From NCBI GenBank assembly GCA_026983835.1, contig JALSTH010000040.1, forward strand, positions 510 through 64,509: a stretch of DNA of 64,000 bases. The letters are read 5' to 3'. Made by a program: the position numbers and the translations under genes. Positions 29,812 through 40,360 of this stretch are shown here, in pieces (position 1 is the stretch's first letter; each line of letters starts with the position of its first letter). The stretch comes from Candidatus Zixiibacteriota bacterium. GTDB lineage: Bacteria > Zixibacteria > MSB-5A5 > UM-FILTER-46-8. The notes beneath the pieces were generated by a model that saw only the letters and a program-made list of their open reading frames with translations, had not been told where the DNA came from and did no database searches.

Positions 29812-31122
29812 TTATTTTTCCGTGGAATCCATAGCGGTGGCTAATTTTTTTATCTCACTTTGTATTCGGCGAACCTGCGAGTTAAGTCGTTCTATTCTAT
29901 CCTTTATACTTTCCTCGCTTTCTATGGGAAAGGGTTCGGATACACCCTTTATCCGCCCAATAATATCTTGAGGGGAAGCTGACTGTAGAAATGCGCTGGG
30001 AAATGACATTGCCGAAAGTGATGGTGTAAGACATTGCCGCACCTCACCGATTTCCGCCCTTATATTTTTCAGATTATTATCACGGAGCAGAGCTATCTCC
30101 ACAGTATCGCCGGGAGGTGTTGTCTTGACATAATAATAAAACTGATTCAAACCTGAGACATCCTTTCCGTCGTAGAGAATTATATAATCGTTTGGCTTAA
30201 TCCCCGCCTTATCCGCGGGACTGCCTTCCACCACCGATTTTACTTGAATAAGCTTGGTGTTTGCAACATTGGGTATCCTTTTGCGCACTTCTTTTGGGGT
30301 AACCCCCAAAAAACCATAAAGGATTTCCCCTCTTTCATCTATCTGCTTCAAAACTGTCAAAATATCACCCACGGGTGTTGCCGATACGGCATTCGGGGTA
30401 GGCAAAGGTATTTGATAATTATTCCCTTTTGATGAAGATCCCCCCCCATAATCAGTTAATGGCGCCATCGCCAACTTCGCCAATGATGAAACCCCCAAGC
30501 TGATATATTCGGGTTTTTTTCCGGTTAAGACACCTACTAATTCGCCGGAGATATTAACCACCGCACCTCCGGAAAAACCCGGCGTTAAATTCGCTAAAAT
30601 TTTCAGTTTTCCGCTTTTATCATCGAACCCGTTGAAAGTGCCAACAGTGGACGCCATCGAAACATCCACGGTATTACCGATTATCACCAAATAATTCCCC
30701 GGCCTTAACTCCTCCACATTACCAGTTTCTATCGGTTGGAGAGTTTTATCATCAGCCTTCAATAAGGCAATTCCCCTTAGCCTATCGATACCGACCAAAT
30801 CCACATTGAGAGTCTTGTTATCGGCTGTCAGAATCCTGATACTATCCTTGCCATCGACCAATGAAGAGCAGGTGATAATATAATTGTTACTGAAAATTAT
30901 GCCTGTGCCGGTAACCGTAAATTTGGAACCGCCGACACCTTTTGTCGGGAAATCAGCTTCCACCACAACCATCGATTGCCTGACCTTATCCACAATCGTG
31001 GAAATTTCATTATTGAGCATTTCAAGCATACGAGGTTTTTCGGCTTTTTGAGGTTTTGCACTGCCAAAGCCGATCAGCAATATCGATACGGCTAAGAATA
31101 TTTTTAGGGTTCGCTTATACAT
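29812..31122 (-). CDS. HtrA/DegP-like periplasmic PDZ protein with an apparently degenerate catalytic triad (Ser box present; His and Asp positions not conserved by eye)
   Basis: Signal peptide; GTGIIFSNNYIITCSSLV where DegP has TNNHVV; LRGIALLKA where DegP has SDIALI; intact TPGFSGGAVVN Ser box; C-terminal PDZ (YGFLGVTPKEV...GSPADKAGIKPNDYIILYDGKDV). Last gene of the sigma/anti-sigma operon. Confidence 0.6.
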   Translation of the reverse strand: MYKRTLKIFLAVSILLIGFGSAKPQKAEKPRMLEMLNNEISTIVDKVRQSMVVVEADFPTKGVGGSKFTVTGTGIIFSNNYIITCSSLVDGKDSIRILTADNKTLNVDLVGIDRLRGIALLKADDKTLQPIETGNVEELRPGNYLVIIGNTVDVSMASTVGTFNGFDDKSGKLKILANLTPGFSGGAVVNISGELVGVLTGKKPEYISLGVSSLAKLAMAPLTDYGGGSSSKGNNYQIPLPTPNAVSATPVGDILTVLKQIDERGEILYGFLGVTPKEVRKRIPNVANTKLIQVKSVVEGSPADKAGIKPNDYIILYDGKDVSGLNQFYYYVKTTPPGDTVEIALLRDNNLKNIRAEIGEVRQCLTPSLSAMSFPSAFLQSASPQDIIGRIKGVSEPFPIESEESIKDRIERLNSQVRRIQSEIKKLATAMDSTEK

Positions 31123-31132
31123 AACAATAAAA

Positions 31133-31771
31133 TTAGAAAACTATTTCCGCGCTTGTTCTAAGTAAACCGCCGTTTCCTCCTCGCTTGGAACGGAAGTTTC
31201 TGTTTGACGATAGGGTATCTGCCCTATAAAAATCCCGCTTGAAATATGGGTATGAATCAGTCGGTTTCACCAAAAGATAACTATTCCCCTGCAAATCCTG
31301 AACTACTTTGATAACTTCGCCCGGATTGTCCAAAACCAAATCGGATTTATTGAAATCCGTACTTATTTTTTCCGGCGAGATACCCAAATCATCAGCCAAC
31401 TGCATTTTCAGATCGGGGGTGAAAATCGTCGAAGAAAACAAAAAACCCATTAAGATAACTGCTGCACTGACGGCAAAAGAAAATCCAAGCATCCATCGAG
31501 GCTTAACTCTCTCCTTGAGCTTAAAGGCTTCCCTTTTGCGTTGTTTATATTCGTATTGACTTATCGCCGTCAATACTCTCTCTTCCATATCATCGGGAGC
31601 CTTAAGGTTCCCCATTTCCGAGGCGGAATTCGCCACCCGTTGAAAAACCTCTAACCTTCGACGGCAAGCCGAACAGCCCTTCAGATGTTCGCTTACCTCA
31701 ACCTGTATATTTGGCGGCAGGGTATTATCCAAATACGCCGAGAGATTGCGGTATACCTTTCGACAATCCAT
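31133..31771 (-). CDS. Zinc-binding (ZAS-type) anti-sigma factor, single-pass membrane protein
   Basis: N-terminal MDCRKVYRNLSAYLDNTLPPNIQVEVSEHLKGCSACRR (H-x3-C-x2-C), central TM segment. Immediately downstream of the ECF sigma gene, with a 47-nt overlap. Confidence 0.6.
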   Translation of the reverse strand: MDCRKVYRNLSAYLDNTLPPNIQVEVSEHLKGCSACRRRLEVFQRVANSASEMGNLKAPDDMEERVLTAISQYEYKQRKREAFKLKERVKPRWMLGFSFAVSAAVILMGFLFSSTIFTPDLKMQLADDLGISPEKISTDFNKSDLVLDNPGEVIKVVQDLQGNSYLLVKPTDSYPYFKRDFYRADTLSSNRNFRSKRGGNGGLLRTSAEIVF

Positions 31772-32336
31772 AATAACTCTCTCTTAATGGTAGTAGTTGT
31801 TCACGCAATATTGTCCGAGCACGGTTCAATCGCGATTTCACCGTTCCCACCGGAACCTTCATTATCTCAGCTATCTGATCGTAGGGAAGTTGTTGGATAT
31901 CCCGAAGGACAAAGGCGGTGCGGTATTCATCGCCTAATTTTTCCATCGCTTTTTCGATATAAGGCATCAGGTTCAAGTCCTTATAACCAACTTCGGGGAT
32001 GACTAAATCATCGCTCTGTGAACCGATACCCATCGAGATAAATTTCCACCTTCTACGCTTACGGTATTCGCTCCGCACCAAATTCGCCGCAATGGTATAA
32101 AGCCATGTGGAAAAGGCGTAATCGGGACGGTATCTTTTCCGCTCTTTATAAGCTCGCAGAAATGTCTCCTGCAGGATATCTTCAGCTTCCTGTTGTTCGG
32201 GAATCATCCTGAAAATAAAATTATAAAGCCGGTTTTTGTATTTGGTAACCAATTTGCTGAAAGCGTTTTGGTCACCCTCGGCGGTCAGCCTCATTAATGT
32301 TTTATCGTCCAAAATTGGATTATCCTCATTTTTCAT
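31725..32336 (-). CDS. ECF-family RNA polymerase sigma-70 factor
   Basis: Region 2 YKNRLYNFIFRMIPEQQEAEDILQETFLRAYK and region 4 LPYDQIAEIMKVPVGTVKSRLNRAR. Confidence 0.85.
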   Translation of the reverse strand: MKNEDNPILDDKTLMRLTAEGDQNAFSKLVTKYKNRLYNFIFRMIPEQQEAEDILQETFLRAYKERKRYRPDYAFSTWLYTIAANLVRSEYRKRRRWKFISMGIGSQSDDLVIPEVGYKDLNLMPYIEKAMEKLGDEYRTAFVLRDIQQLPYDQIAEIMKVPVGTVKSRLNRARTILREQLLPLRESYYGLSKGIPQSLGVFG

Positions 32337-32621
32337 AATTTTACCTTTTTTAAGCTTTCTATTTTCATTTCTTTATACACAATCGGTTTATTATTGTTCC
32401 CGATTTATTAGAATCGAATAGAAACGATTTTTAAAAATTCTTTATTTCTCTCTTATTTCCCCCAAAAAACTGTTTGATAGATTGAATAGAAATTCCTTGC
32501 GCGATAAGAGGTTTTGTAATATTATAAAAATAAAGTATTAATAATCCAGGGGCTATTCTTTGCCAAACAGTTTTATAATAAAAAATTATTTCTCTTTAAT
32601 TGTTTAGGACAAAAGTTTTTT

Positions 32622-35417
32622 TTGATGGGTTTTTGTGATTATATTATTGGAGGTAAAAGAATGAAAAAGTTATTTTTGTTCTCTCTTGTTTCGTTTATGG
32701 CGATCTACGGTATCGCTGCCGCTACCTTTGTCAGCGGCGATATTTCGGGAGGGTGGACTGCGGACAACAACCCATATCTTGTATTAGGGGATTTGCAGAT
32801 TCCTCAGGACTCAACACTGACCATTTATCCGGGAGTATCGATTTATTTTTTGGGGAATTATGAATTAAATGTGAATACTGCAGCTACTTTAGTAGCGCTG
32901 GGTAGCGAAAGCGATTCGATTACCTTCACTACTATCGACACTTCCGTAGTTTGGGGCGGCATAAAAATTCATTCGGCTGAAGCATATCTATCCTTTTGCC
33001 GCCTTAGAAACGGAAAAGCTACAGCATATAACCCCTATTCCGGTGGCGCTGTTTTTTGCGACCATTCTAATCTTCTCTTAACTAACTGCACAATCAACAA
33101 TCACATAGCGAGTTATAATGGCGGTGCAATATATTGCGTCTCCTCAAGTGTAGTAATAAGCAGTAGTATCATAAGCGGGAATTTGTCTTTTGCCGGCAGT
33201 GGTGGAGCAATTTGTTGTGATTCCTCAAGCATAGTCATATTTAATAATACTATCGACGAAAATTCTGCCGGTGAATATGGAGGGGGAATTTGCTGCGTGT
33301 ATTCTAGCGGAGAAATTAGCGAAAACAATATCATCAACAATACGGCCGATAACGCTGGCGGTGGAATTATTTGTTTTCATTCGGACCCGATCATAAGTAA
33401 TAATACCATCAATCATAATTCAGCCATTAATGGTGGTGGTATCAATTGCTGTGGCCATTCAGCCCCGACCGTGAGTGGAAACACTATCGGCAATAATTCA
33501 GCAGATAGCTCTGGTGCAGGAATTTACTGCAATTATTCGAGCCCGAGGATAAGCGATAATTTCATCGTGAACAATTCCATATCCGGTAACTATGGACTAT
33601 CTGGTAGTTATGGTGGCGGGATTTACTGCTATCATTCGAGCCCGAGAATAAACAATAATACTATTGCCAATAATTCTAATTCCGGTGATTATGGCGGAGG
33701 AATTTGTTGCGATTATTATTCTAATCCAAAGATATAATACAATACTATCAGGCATAATTCAGTCGCGAGTTACGGTGGTGGCATCTACTGTTATAGCTCC
33801 AACCCGGACATAAGCCAAAATACTATCGGTAACAATTCAGTCGGTATCGGTGGCTACGGTGGCGGTATTTACTGCTATGGCTCCAACCCGAACATAAGCC
33901 AAAATAATATTGATAACAATTCGGTCGGTATCGGTGGTTATGGTGGCGGTATCTACTGTTATGGCTCTAACCCGAGCATAAGCAAAAATAATATTGATAG
34001 CAATTCGGTCGGTATAAGTGGTTATGGAGGTGGTATCTATTGTAACTCTTCCAATCCGCCAATAAATGGAAACACTATTAAAAATAATGCTGCCGATTTA
34101 TCCGGTGGGGGGATTTACTGCAATTTCTCGAATGTTGAGATAAAGATGAACAAAATCAACAATAATTCCGCCGGGCTTTCCGGTGGGGGGATTTATTGCA
34201 ATTCTTCCCACCCGAGAATTGCCAAAAATACCATCGGCAGCAATTCAGCTTCTATTTCCGGTGGGGGGATTTTCTGCAAATCCTCCCAATCGACAATAAA
34301 TGGAAATGTTATCACCGGCAACAGAGCCGATTACTTCGGTGGCGGGCTTTATCTTATCTCTTCCAACCAAACGACAATGAGCAATAACACCATTAGCAAC
34401 AATACTGCCCATTTCTATGGTGGTGGACTTTACAGCTGTAATAATTCCGCTATAAAGGTTGTTAATACTATTTTGTGGGCTGACTCCTCCGCCCGCAACA
34501 GCGAAATCTATTTGGAAAACGATTCCATAGCTATATCTTTTTCCGATATACAGGGTGGATGGGAAGGTAGTTGGAATAATAATATGAACCCGTTATTTGT
34601 CGATCCTGAAAATGGGGATTATCATCTGCAGGAGGGTTCTCCCTGTATAGATGCCGGCGATCCGAACTCGCCCTTTGACCCGGATAGCACAATCTCCGAT
34701 ATGGGAGCGCTTTATTTCTATCAGGGTGGGGGGAATGGTATTTCTATCATAGCCGACCCCATCGATCCGCCGATTATCGTTTCCCAAGGCTCCAGTTTCA
34801 ATTATTACGGGTATCTCATTAACACGACAGATACGGATTTGACTACCGATGTTTGGTGCAGAACATTGATGCCTGATGGTTCTCTATCCGACACGATTCG
34901 CGTATGGAGCGAGGTGTCGGTGGCGGCTAATAGCACCATAGAGGATTTTATTGTTCAATATATTCCTACCTATGCCTCTCTGGGCGATTATTTATATATC
35001 ATTTATGACGGGGATTATCCGAATATTATGAATTCTGCTTATTTCCCCTTCACGGTTATTGCGGCTACCGAAGGATTAGCGGGGAGTGATCGTGGCTGGG
35101 AGGTAAGTGGGTGGGGAGGGAAAGCGGACGATATGGATGCTGTAAACATCCCTGCCAAATTAACCTTGAAGGACAACTATCCGAATCCGTTCAATGCGCA
35201 GACCACTATTACCTATCAACTGCCAAAAGCAGGCGATGTTTCCTTGGATATTTACAATCTAATGGGACAGAAGGTGGCTACGCTAGTCAACGGCAATGTT
35301 GAAGCTGGTTCACATACGGTTGTTTGGAATGCCGGCTATTATTCCAGTGGGATTTATTTCTATAAACTAACCGCCGGCAATAAAGTCTTCACCAAACGGA
35401 TGACACTGCTGAAATAG
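32622..35417 (+). pseudogene. Right-handed parallel beta-helix repeat T9SS cargo protein (adhesin-like), one continuous 932-codon frame interrupted by a single in-frame TAA at 33735-33737. The ORF calls 32622-33737 and 34146-35417 are its two pieces.
   Basis: Signal peptide. Dozens of ~22-aa N-x-[AS]-x-x-GGGI[YFI]C-x-x-S-x-P-x-I-x-x-N-x-I repeats continue in the same frame on both sides of the stop (…SNPKI*YNTIRHNSV…); I hand-translated 33738-34160 with no further stops. C-terminal T9SS CTD NYPNPFNAQTTITYQL...GIYFYKLTAGNKVFTKRMTLLK. Confidence 0.55.
33740..34060 (+). repeat. Near-identical 66-nt (22-codon) tandem DNA repeats inside the beta-helix gene
   Basis: Three to four consecutive units such as ggtatcggtgg(c/t)ta(c/t)ggtggcggtat(t/c)tactg(c/t)tatggctc(c/t)aacccg(a)a(c)cataagc(c)aaaataatattgata(a/g)caattcggtc, encoding YGGGIYCYGSNP.IS.NNID.NSVGIGG. 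Confidence 0.6.
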
Positions 35418-35531
35418 TAGTCCTTGTAAGGGCGGACATATAAGTCCGCCCTTACATAAATTACAATCCCTATTTAGAAGCATCTCACAAAAAAGAGATG
35501 GTTTCATTTTTATAAAAACAACATCTCCCTT

Positions 35532-36860
35532 CTATGGATTATTGTCCCTGCCCTCCGGAATAATTTTAGTAGCCTTAAAACGGCGGATACGATTACCCTG
35601 TTGTTCGGTGACAACAAACTTATACCCCCCCAATTCGACCTCTTCTCCAATTTTAGGGAGCCTCCCAAGTGCATTAACCACCACACCCGCAATAGTATTC
35701 GCATCTTCAGGCAATTCAGCCTCAAACTCTTCGTTAAAATCTTCAGCCGACATATGCGCCGCTACGGATAAAGATCCATCCGCCTTAACACTCCATTCCT
35801 CAGGTTCAGTATCATATTCATCCTTTATCTCACCGACAATCTCCTCAATAATATCCTCGAGGGTCACCAAACCGGCAGTCCCACCAAACTCATCCAAAAC
35901 AATCGCCATATGACTTTGGTTCCGTTGGAAATCCCGCAACAGCTCCGATAGGGGCTTTGAGTCGGGGATAAAATAAACCTCCCTCATTATATCCTTGACA
36001 ATCACTAAGTTTTTCTCCCTCAATATCCCGATAACATCCCTCGCATGGATAACCCCCTGAATATTATCCAATGATTCTTTGTAAACCGGAAAGCGGGAAA
36101 AACTCGATTCGGTTATGATGCTTACAACCTCCTCCGAAGAAGCTTCCAAAGGGATCCCCTCGATTTCGGTACGAGGGGTCATAACCTGATGCGCAAGCGT
36201 ATTTGCGAAATCGAAGACCCCGTCTATCAACTCTCGCTCGGTCTTATTAAAAGTCCCCCTCTGCAAACCTTCCGCCAAAAGATGCTTGACTTCCTCTTCG
36301 GTAATGGGTGTTTGCCCTTTATTTTTGATATTGACTCCCATAAGGCGAAGAAAGAAATTGGTTGAGGAAGTAAGGATAAAGATAAGCGGCATTGAAAATT
36401 TCAAGGAATAATAAGTCCACGAGGCAGCTATCAAAGCTATTTTTTCCGAAAAACGGATAGCTAAAGCTTTAGGTACCAATTCGGCAAGGACTAAAAACAG
36501 ATATGAAATAACGACTATGACAATCGTTAAAGCGATACTTTCCGCCGCCGCTTCGGATTCGCCGAAGGGCAGACGATAAATAACTGGTTTAAGCAACTGC
36601 ACAGCTATCGCCCCACCCATAGCGGATGCCGCCGAAGCGGTAACCGTCATCCCGACCTGAACAATGGCAAAAAACCTGTCCGGATTATCCAAAAGCCTTT
36701 CCACGAATCGGGCTTTTTTACCGACCCCACCCTTTTCTTTCGACAACTGCGCTATACGGCTTCTTCGGACGGCAATAACCGCAATTTCCGAAGCGGCAAA
36801 AAATCCGGATAGAAATATCAAAACAAAAATCAGGAGAACTTCCAACCAAAAGGTTAACAT
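35532..36860 (-). CDS. HlyC/CorC-family (CNNM) transporter-associated protein: DUF21-CBS-CorC_HlyC
   Basis: N-terminal DUF21 membrane domain (LIFLSGFFAASEIAVIAVRRSRI), paired CBS, C-terminal CorC_HlyC. Confidence 0.8.
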   Translation of the reverse strand: MLTFWLEVLLIFVLIFLSGFFAASEIAVIAVRRSRIAQLSKEKGGVGKKARFVERLLDNPDRFFAIVQVGMTVTASAASAMGGAIAVQLLKPVIYRLPFGESEAAAESIALTIVIVVISYLFLVLAELVPKALAIRFSEKIALIAASWTYYSLKFSMPLIFILTSSTNFFLRLMGVNIKNKGQTPITEEEVKHLLAEGLQRGTFNKTERELIDGVFDFANTLAHQVMTPRTEIEGIPLEASSEEVVSIITESSFSRFPVYKESLDNIQGVIHARDVIGILREKNLVIVKDIMREVYFIPDSKPLSELLRDFQRNQSHMAIVLDEFGGTAGLVTLEDIIEEIVGEIKDEYDTEPEEWSVKADGSLSVAAHMSAEDFNEEFEAELPEDANTIAGVVVNALGRLPKIGEEVELGGYKFVVTEQQGNRIRRFKATKIIPEGRDNNP

Positions 36861-36967
36861 AGGGAAGCACTCCCATACTGGCAGAGAATTAAACGCCGAT
36901 TTCTACTCGGAGGGTTTTCCGCCGAGTCATCTTTCGCGTTGGAACTATCTTCCATCAAAAAAATCCA

Positions 36968-37819
36968 TCAATAGGAACCCCTCGCCATCGCCTTGAGACG
37001 CTTAATTCTTTCCTCCATCGGCGGGTGCGTACTGAACAAGTTGGTTAATCCCTTCCCCGAAAGAGGATTTACAATAAACAGATGCGCTGTTTCGGGACGA
37101 GCTTTTGCCATCGGAATCCTTTTGGAAATTGAATCCAATTTAAGAAGCGCCTCGGCTAAGGCAAGAGGTTTATGAGAAATCTTCGCTCCCCCGGCATCCG
37201 CCGCGAACTCCCTGCTTCGGGAAATAGCCAATTGTATCAGCATAGCCGCAATTGGGGCAAGGATCGCCATAAAAAGAAGTCCCATTCCTCCCATACCTTC
37301 ATCATCATCCCTACCCCCACCGAAAAACGCCGCCCAACGAGCCATAAACGCCAACATTGAAATAGCTCCGGCGACAGTGGCGACTACCGTCCCGATAAGA
37401 ATATCCCTATGGACTATATGCGCCATCTCATGGGAAATAACCCCTTCCAATTCATCACGGTCGAGTATTCGTAAAATTCCTTCCGTGGCGGCGACTGCGG
37501 CATGGGAGGGATTCCTCCCAGTGGCGAAAGCATTAGGCGATTCGTTTGGGATTATATAAACCTTCGGCATTGGAATCTTTGCCTTTGTCGCCATATCCCT
37601 GACCACATCGTAGAGGATGTTATTATCGCTTTGTTTGACCTCTTTGGCGTGATACATCGCCAAAACTATTTTATCGGACCACCAATAAGAAGTAAAATTC
37701 ATAATCAGGGCGAATACAAAGGCGATAATCATCCCGTTAGGACCGCCAATAGCCCTGCCCATAAATATCAATATAAATGTCAATAGTGTAAGCAATAAAA
37801 CTGTTTTAATCGTATTCAA
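36968..37819 (-). CDS. htpX: Zinc metalloprotease HtpX (M48)
   Basis: [10 protein letters not shown] (HExxH), four TM segments, C-terminal HPPMEERI. Confidence 0.85.
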   Translation of the reverse strand: MNTIKTVLLLTLLTFILIFMGRAIGGPNGMIIAFVFALIMNFTSYWWSDKIVLAMYHAKEVKQSDNNILYDVVRDMATKAKIPMPKVYIIPNESPNAFATGRNPSHAAVAATEGILRILDRDELEGVISHEMAHIVHRDILIGTVVATVAGAISMLAFMARWAAFFGGGRDDDEGMGGMGLLFMAILAPIAAMLIQLAISRSREFAADAGGAKISHKPLALAEALLKLDSISKRIPMAKARPETAHLFIVNPLSGKGLTNLFSTHPPMEERIKRLKAMARGSY

Positions 37820-38067
37820 TTAAACACCTCTTAATATTTGGATAAACCTGATATGCTATTATTACGGTTAATCCGCATATTTGTTTCTATCGAATCAAGA
37901 TAATATTATATAATAATAAGCAAATTGTCAAGCTCGACAAGAGATGATTTTGATTATCGCTCTTAAGCTTATAAAGTCGATTCCTTTTGCGATGGTGGGA
38001 ATATGAATCTTTCGCCTTTGACGAAATTATAACCCGAGGAGCAACTCCACCATAATCCGTCGGATAC

Positions 38068-38553
38068 CTATCCCACTATTCGCCGAAACAATGGTGATTC
38101 CCCAAAATATACATCAGGGTTTATATGCGCAGGAGCATTGAAATCTATTACCACAGTAGTATCTATTTTTGATTTCTCGACCATTATATCACCCTCAAGC
38201 ACCAACCCCCTGCTGATGATTTCTATCGTGGAATCCGAACTATTATACTTTCCCCACGAGATTTTATAAAGCGAACCATTCAAATGAAAAAACGGCGGCA
38301 GCTTACCGGCACTGGTTATTCTATTCGTTTCGATATAAAATTTGGCGACTTCGACGCCCGCATAAGAGGCGACATAGCTGTCTCTGATATTATTCGGAGA
38401 GGCTTTCTCGATCGCTAATTTTTTCGCCGACAAGATAGTGGATAAACTTCCAATGGTCATTCCCACAAACACCAGCGCTAATATAATGTAAAGGATATTA
38501 TTAGCTCTTTTCGATTCCATATACTTCCCTTTTGCGTAAATTGTGAAACTCAA
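38068..38553 (-). CDS. Hypothetical N-terminally membrane-anchored protein
   Basis: Single hydrophobic helix (ILYIILALVFVGMTIGSL); no recognisable motif. Confidence 0.3.
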   Translation of the reverse strand: MSFTIYAKGKYMESKRANNILYIILALVFVGMTIGSLSTILSAKKLAIEKASPNNIRDSYVASYAGVEVAKFYIETNRITSAGKLPPFFHLNGSLYKISWGKYNSSDSTIEIISRGLVLEGDIMVEKSKIDTTVVIDFNAPAHINPDVYFGESPLFRRIVG

Positions 38554-38758
38554 TGCAGATCATTGCGCCGACGCCAATCAATAACTCCTTATCATTCTTA
38601 CTGTTAGCGACCCCAAAATTTGTCATCCGCAACATATAAACCGCAAACGATATTCCGTGCAAAGAGAAATATATAAATTGCTATTCTGTTGATTATTAAA
38701 CAGTTAGACTGGTAAATCGGATAAATAACCGTTGAAAGTGGAATTTATGATGGATGTT

Positions 38759-39502
38759 TTATTCCAAATCGTCCCGCTTGACTATTCCCGAAAAAAACGG
38801 GAATATATTTATCTCCGGAATGTTGAGATACATCGGAGTTGAGGCAACGGAAACGATTTGTTCGGCTACATCTCGAGGTTCGATTATTCTCATTCGCTGA
38901 TCATCATCCCCTATAGTTTCACCCGCCGAATTAATCCTATGCGGATAAACGGAGGTTATCCTGATTTTGTATTGCCGTAACTCCTCCGACAACGATTCCG
39001 CCAAACCTCGCAATCCAAATTTGGAAGCCGCATAAGCCGAAGCATCTTTCAATCCTATCTTTCCGCCGATTGAATTAATGAAAAATATATGGGCTCCCAT
39101 TGAATTTTTCAAAAACGGAAGAAAATATTTGCAGATATAAAAGGCTCCGGAAAGGTTCAATCTTATCGAAAACTCCCAATCCTCATCCGAAAAGCTCTCA
39201 ATAGGCCCGCTTAGGAATCCCCCCGCATTATTCACTAAAATATCAATTTTATCGTAATAGCTTCGGATTTTATCCACCCCCCGCTTGACCGAAGCGGGAT
39301 CGGTAATATCTATTTGCATAGGGAGAGATTGGACGCCTTTCGTCGATAATTCTTTCGATTCCTTTTTTAGCGATTCCAAACTCCGCCCTATAATTATCAG
39401 TCTGGCGCCGGATTCGGCGAATGCCTCCGTAATCGCTTTCCCCAATCCCTTTGCTCCGCCGGTTATGGCGACGGTTTTATCCGATAGGCGTTTATTGTCC
39501 AT
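38759..39502 (-). CDS. Short-chain dehydrogenase/reductase (SDR); candidate sepiapterin-reductase-like enzyme given the folE2-queD context
   Basis: TGGAKGLGKAITEAF Rossmann motif, NNAG, and YAASKFGLRGL (Y-x3-K). The specific function is inferred from operon context. Confidence 0.75.
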   Translation of the reverse strand: MDNKRLSDKTVAITGGAKGLGKAITEAFAESGARLIIIGRSLESLKKESKELSTKGVQSLPMQIDITDPASVKRGVDKIRSYYDKIDILVNNAGGFLSGPIESFSDEDWEFSIRLNLSGAFYICKYFLPFLKNSMGAHIFFINSIGGKIGLKDASAYAASKFGLRGLAESLSEELRQYKIRITSVYPHRINSAGETIGDDDQRMRIIEPRDVAEQIVSVASTPMYLNIPEINIFPFFSGIVKRDDLE

Positions 39503-39513
39503 AGTTAACCCAA

Positions 39514-40359
39514 TTAATCGGCATCCTCTATAGTAAAGATATTATTTTCGGCTGGGACAATCAAACTTAATTTTTCCGATTCGACCCTCTTATCCCGTTC
39601 GATAAAGGCATAAGCGTTATGATTATGGATGGATTCCAAATTCTCGGATTCCACATAGAACCAACTTATCCGCTCATCCTCCATAAGCTTTATCGTAATC
39701 GACCTGACCACATCCTCCACAAAAGAAGGGTTGTCATATGCCTTCTCGGTTAGGAATTTTTCGTCCTCCCTTTTAAGCAAAGAATAAATCTCGGCGGATG
39801 CGCAGGATTCCACTGTCTCGATCATTTCCTCCAACCAGATAAAATCTTTCGCCCGATAGGAAAGCTTGACAATACTCCTTTGATTATGGGCTCCGTATTC
39901 CGAAATTTCTTTCGAGCAAGGACAGAGCGTAGTAATCGGAACTTCCACCTCAACGACAATGTCGATTTTATTATCACCGTTAATCGCCCCCTTGAAACTG
40001 CAACGGTAATCCAAAAGACCTTCCGAACGACTTACAGGCGCTTTCTTGGAAATAAAATAAGGGAAATAAAATTCGAGATGAGCGCTGTTTGCATTTAACT
40101 TATTTTTGATATACTTCAATATTTCATCAAAATGTTTAATATCGATTTCGCCGTGATAGATATTCAAAACCTCTACAAAACGGCTCATATGCGTTCCCTT
40201 AAAATGTCTCGGCAAATCCACATACATATTGATTTCAGCAACCGTATGCTGCATTTTATTAGATCTATCACGCACCGTAATCGGATATCTTATATTCTTT
40301 ATGCCAACCCTGTCTATATCTATATTACGATTATCCAACCTGTTTTGCACATCTATCAT
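39514..40359 (-). CDS. folE2: GTP cyclohydrolase I type 2 (FolE2/MptA family)
   Basis: Conserved FolE2 blocks including ...TTLCPCSKEIS...GAHNQRS... Confidence 0.8.
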   Translation of the reverse strand: MIDVQNRLDNRNIDIDRVGIKNIRYPITVRDRSNKMQHTVAEINMYVDLPRHFKGTHMSRFVEVLNIYHGEIDIKHFDEILKYIKNKLNANSAHLEFYFPYFISKKAPVSRSEGLLDYRCSFKGAINGDNKIDIVVEVEVPITTLCPCSKEISEYGAHNQRSIVKLSYRAKDFIWLEEMIETVESCASAEIYSLLKREDEKFLTEKAYDNPSFVEDVVRSITIKLMEDERISWFYVESENLESIHNHNAYAFIERDKRVESEKLSLIVPAENNIFTIEDAD

Positions 40360-40360
40360 T

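Noticed and set aside
31725-31771. 47-nt overlap between the ECF sigma and anti-sigma genes as evidence of a frameshift or fusion
   Set aside because: The anti-sigma N-terminus MDCRKVY…HLKGCSACRR begins exactly at its ATG as expected for a ZAS domain. Overlapping sigma/anti-sigma pairs are common, so there is no need to invoke an error.
33735-33737. Programmed stop-codon recoding of the TAA in the beta-helix gene, by analogy with the TGA-Sec genes nearby
   Set aside because: TAA is not a Sec codon and no recoding signal is evident. A nonsense mutation or an assembly error in a repeat region is more parsimonious.
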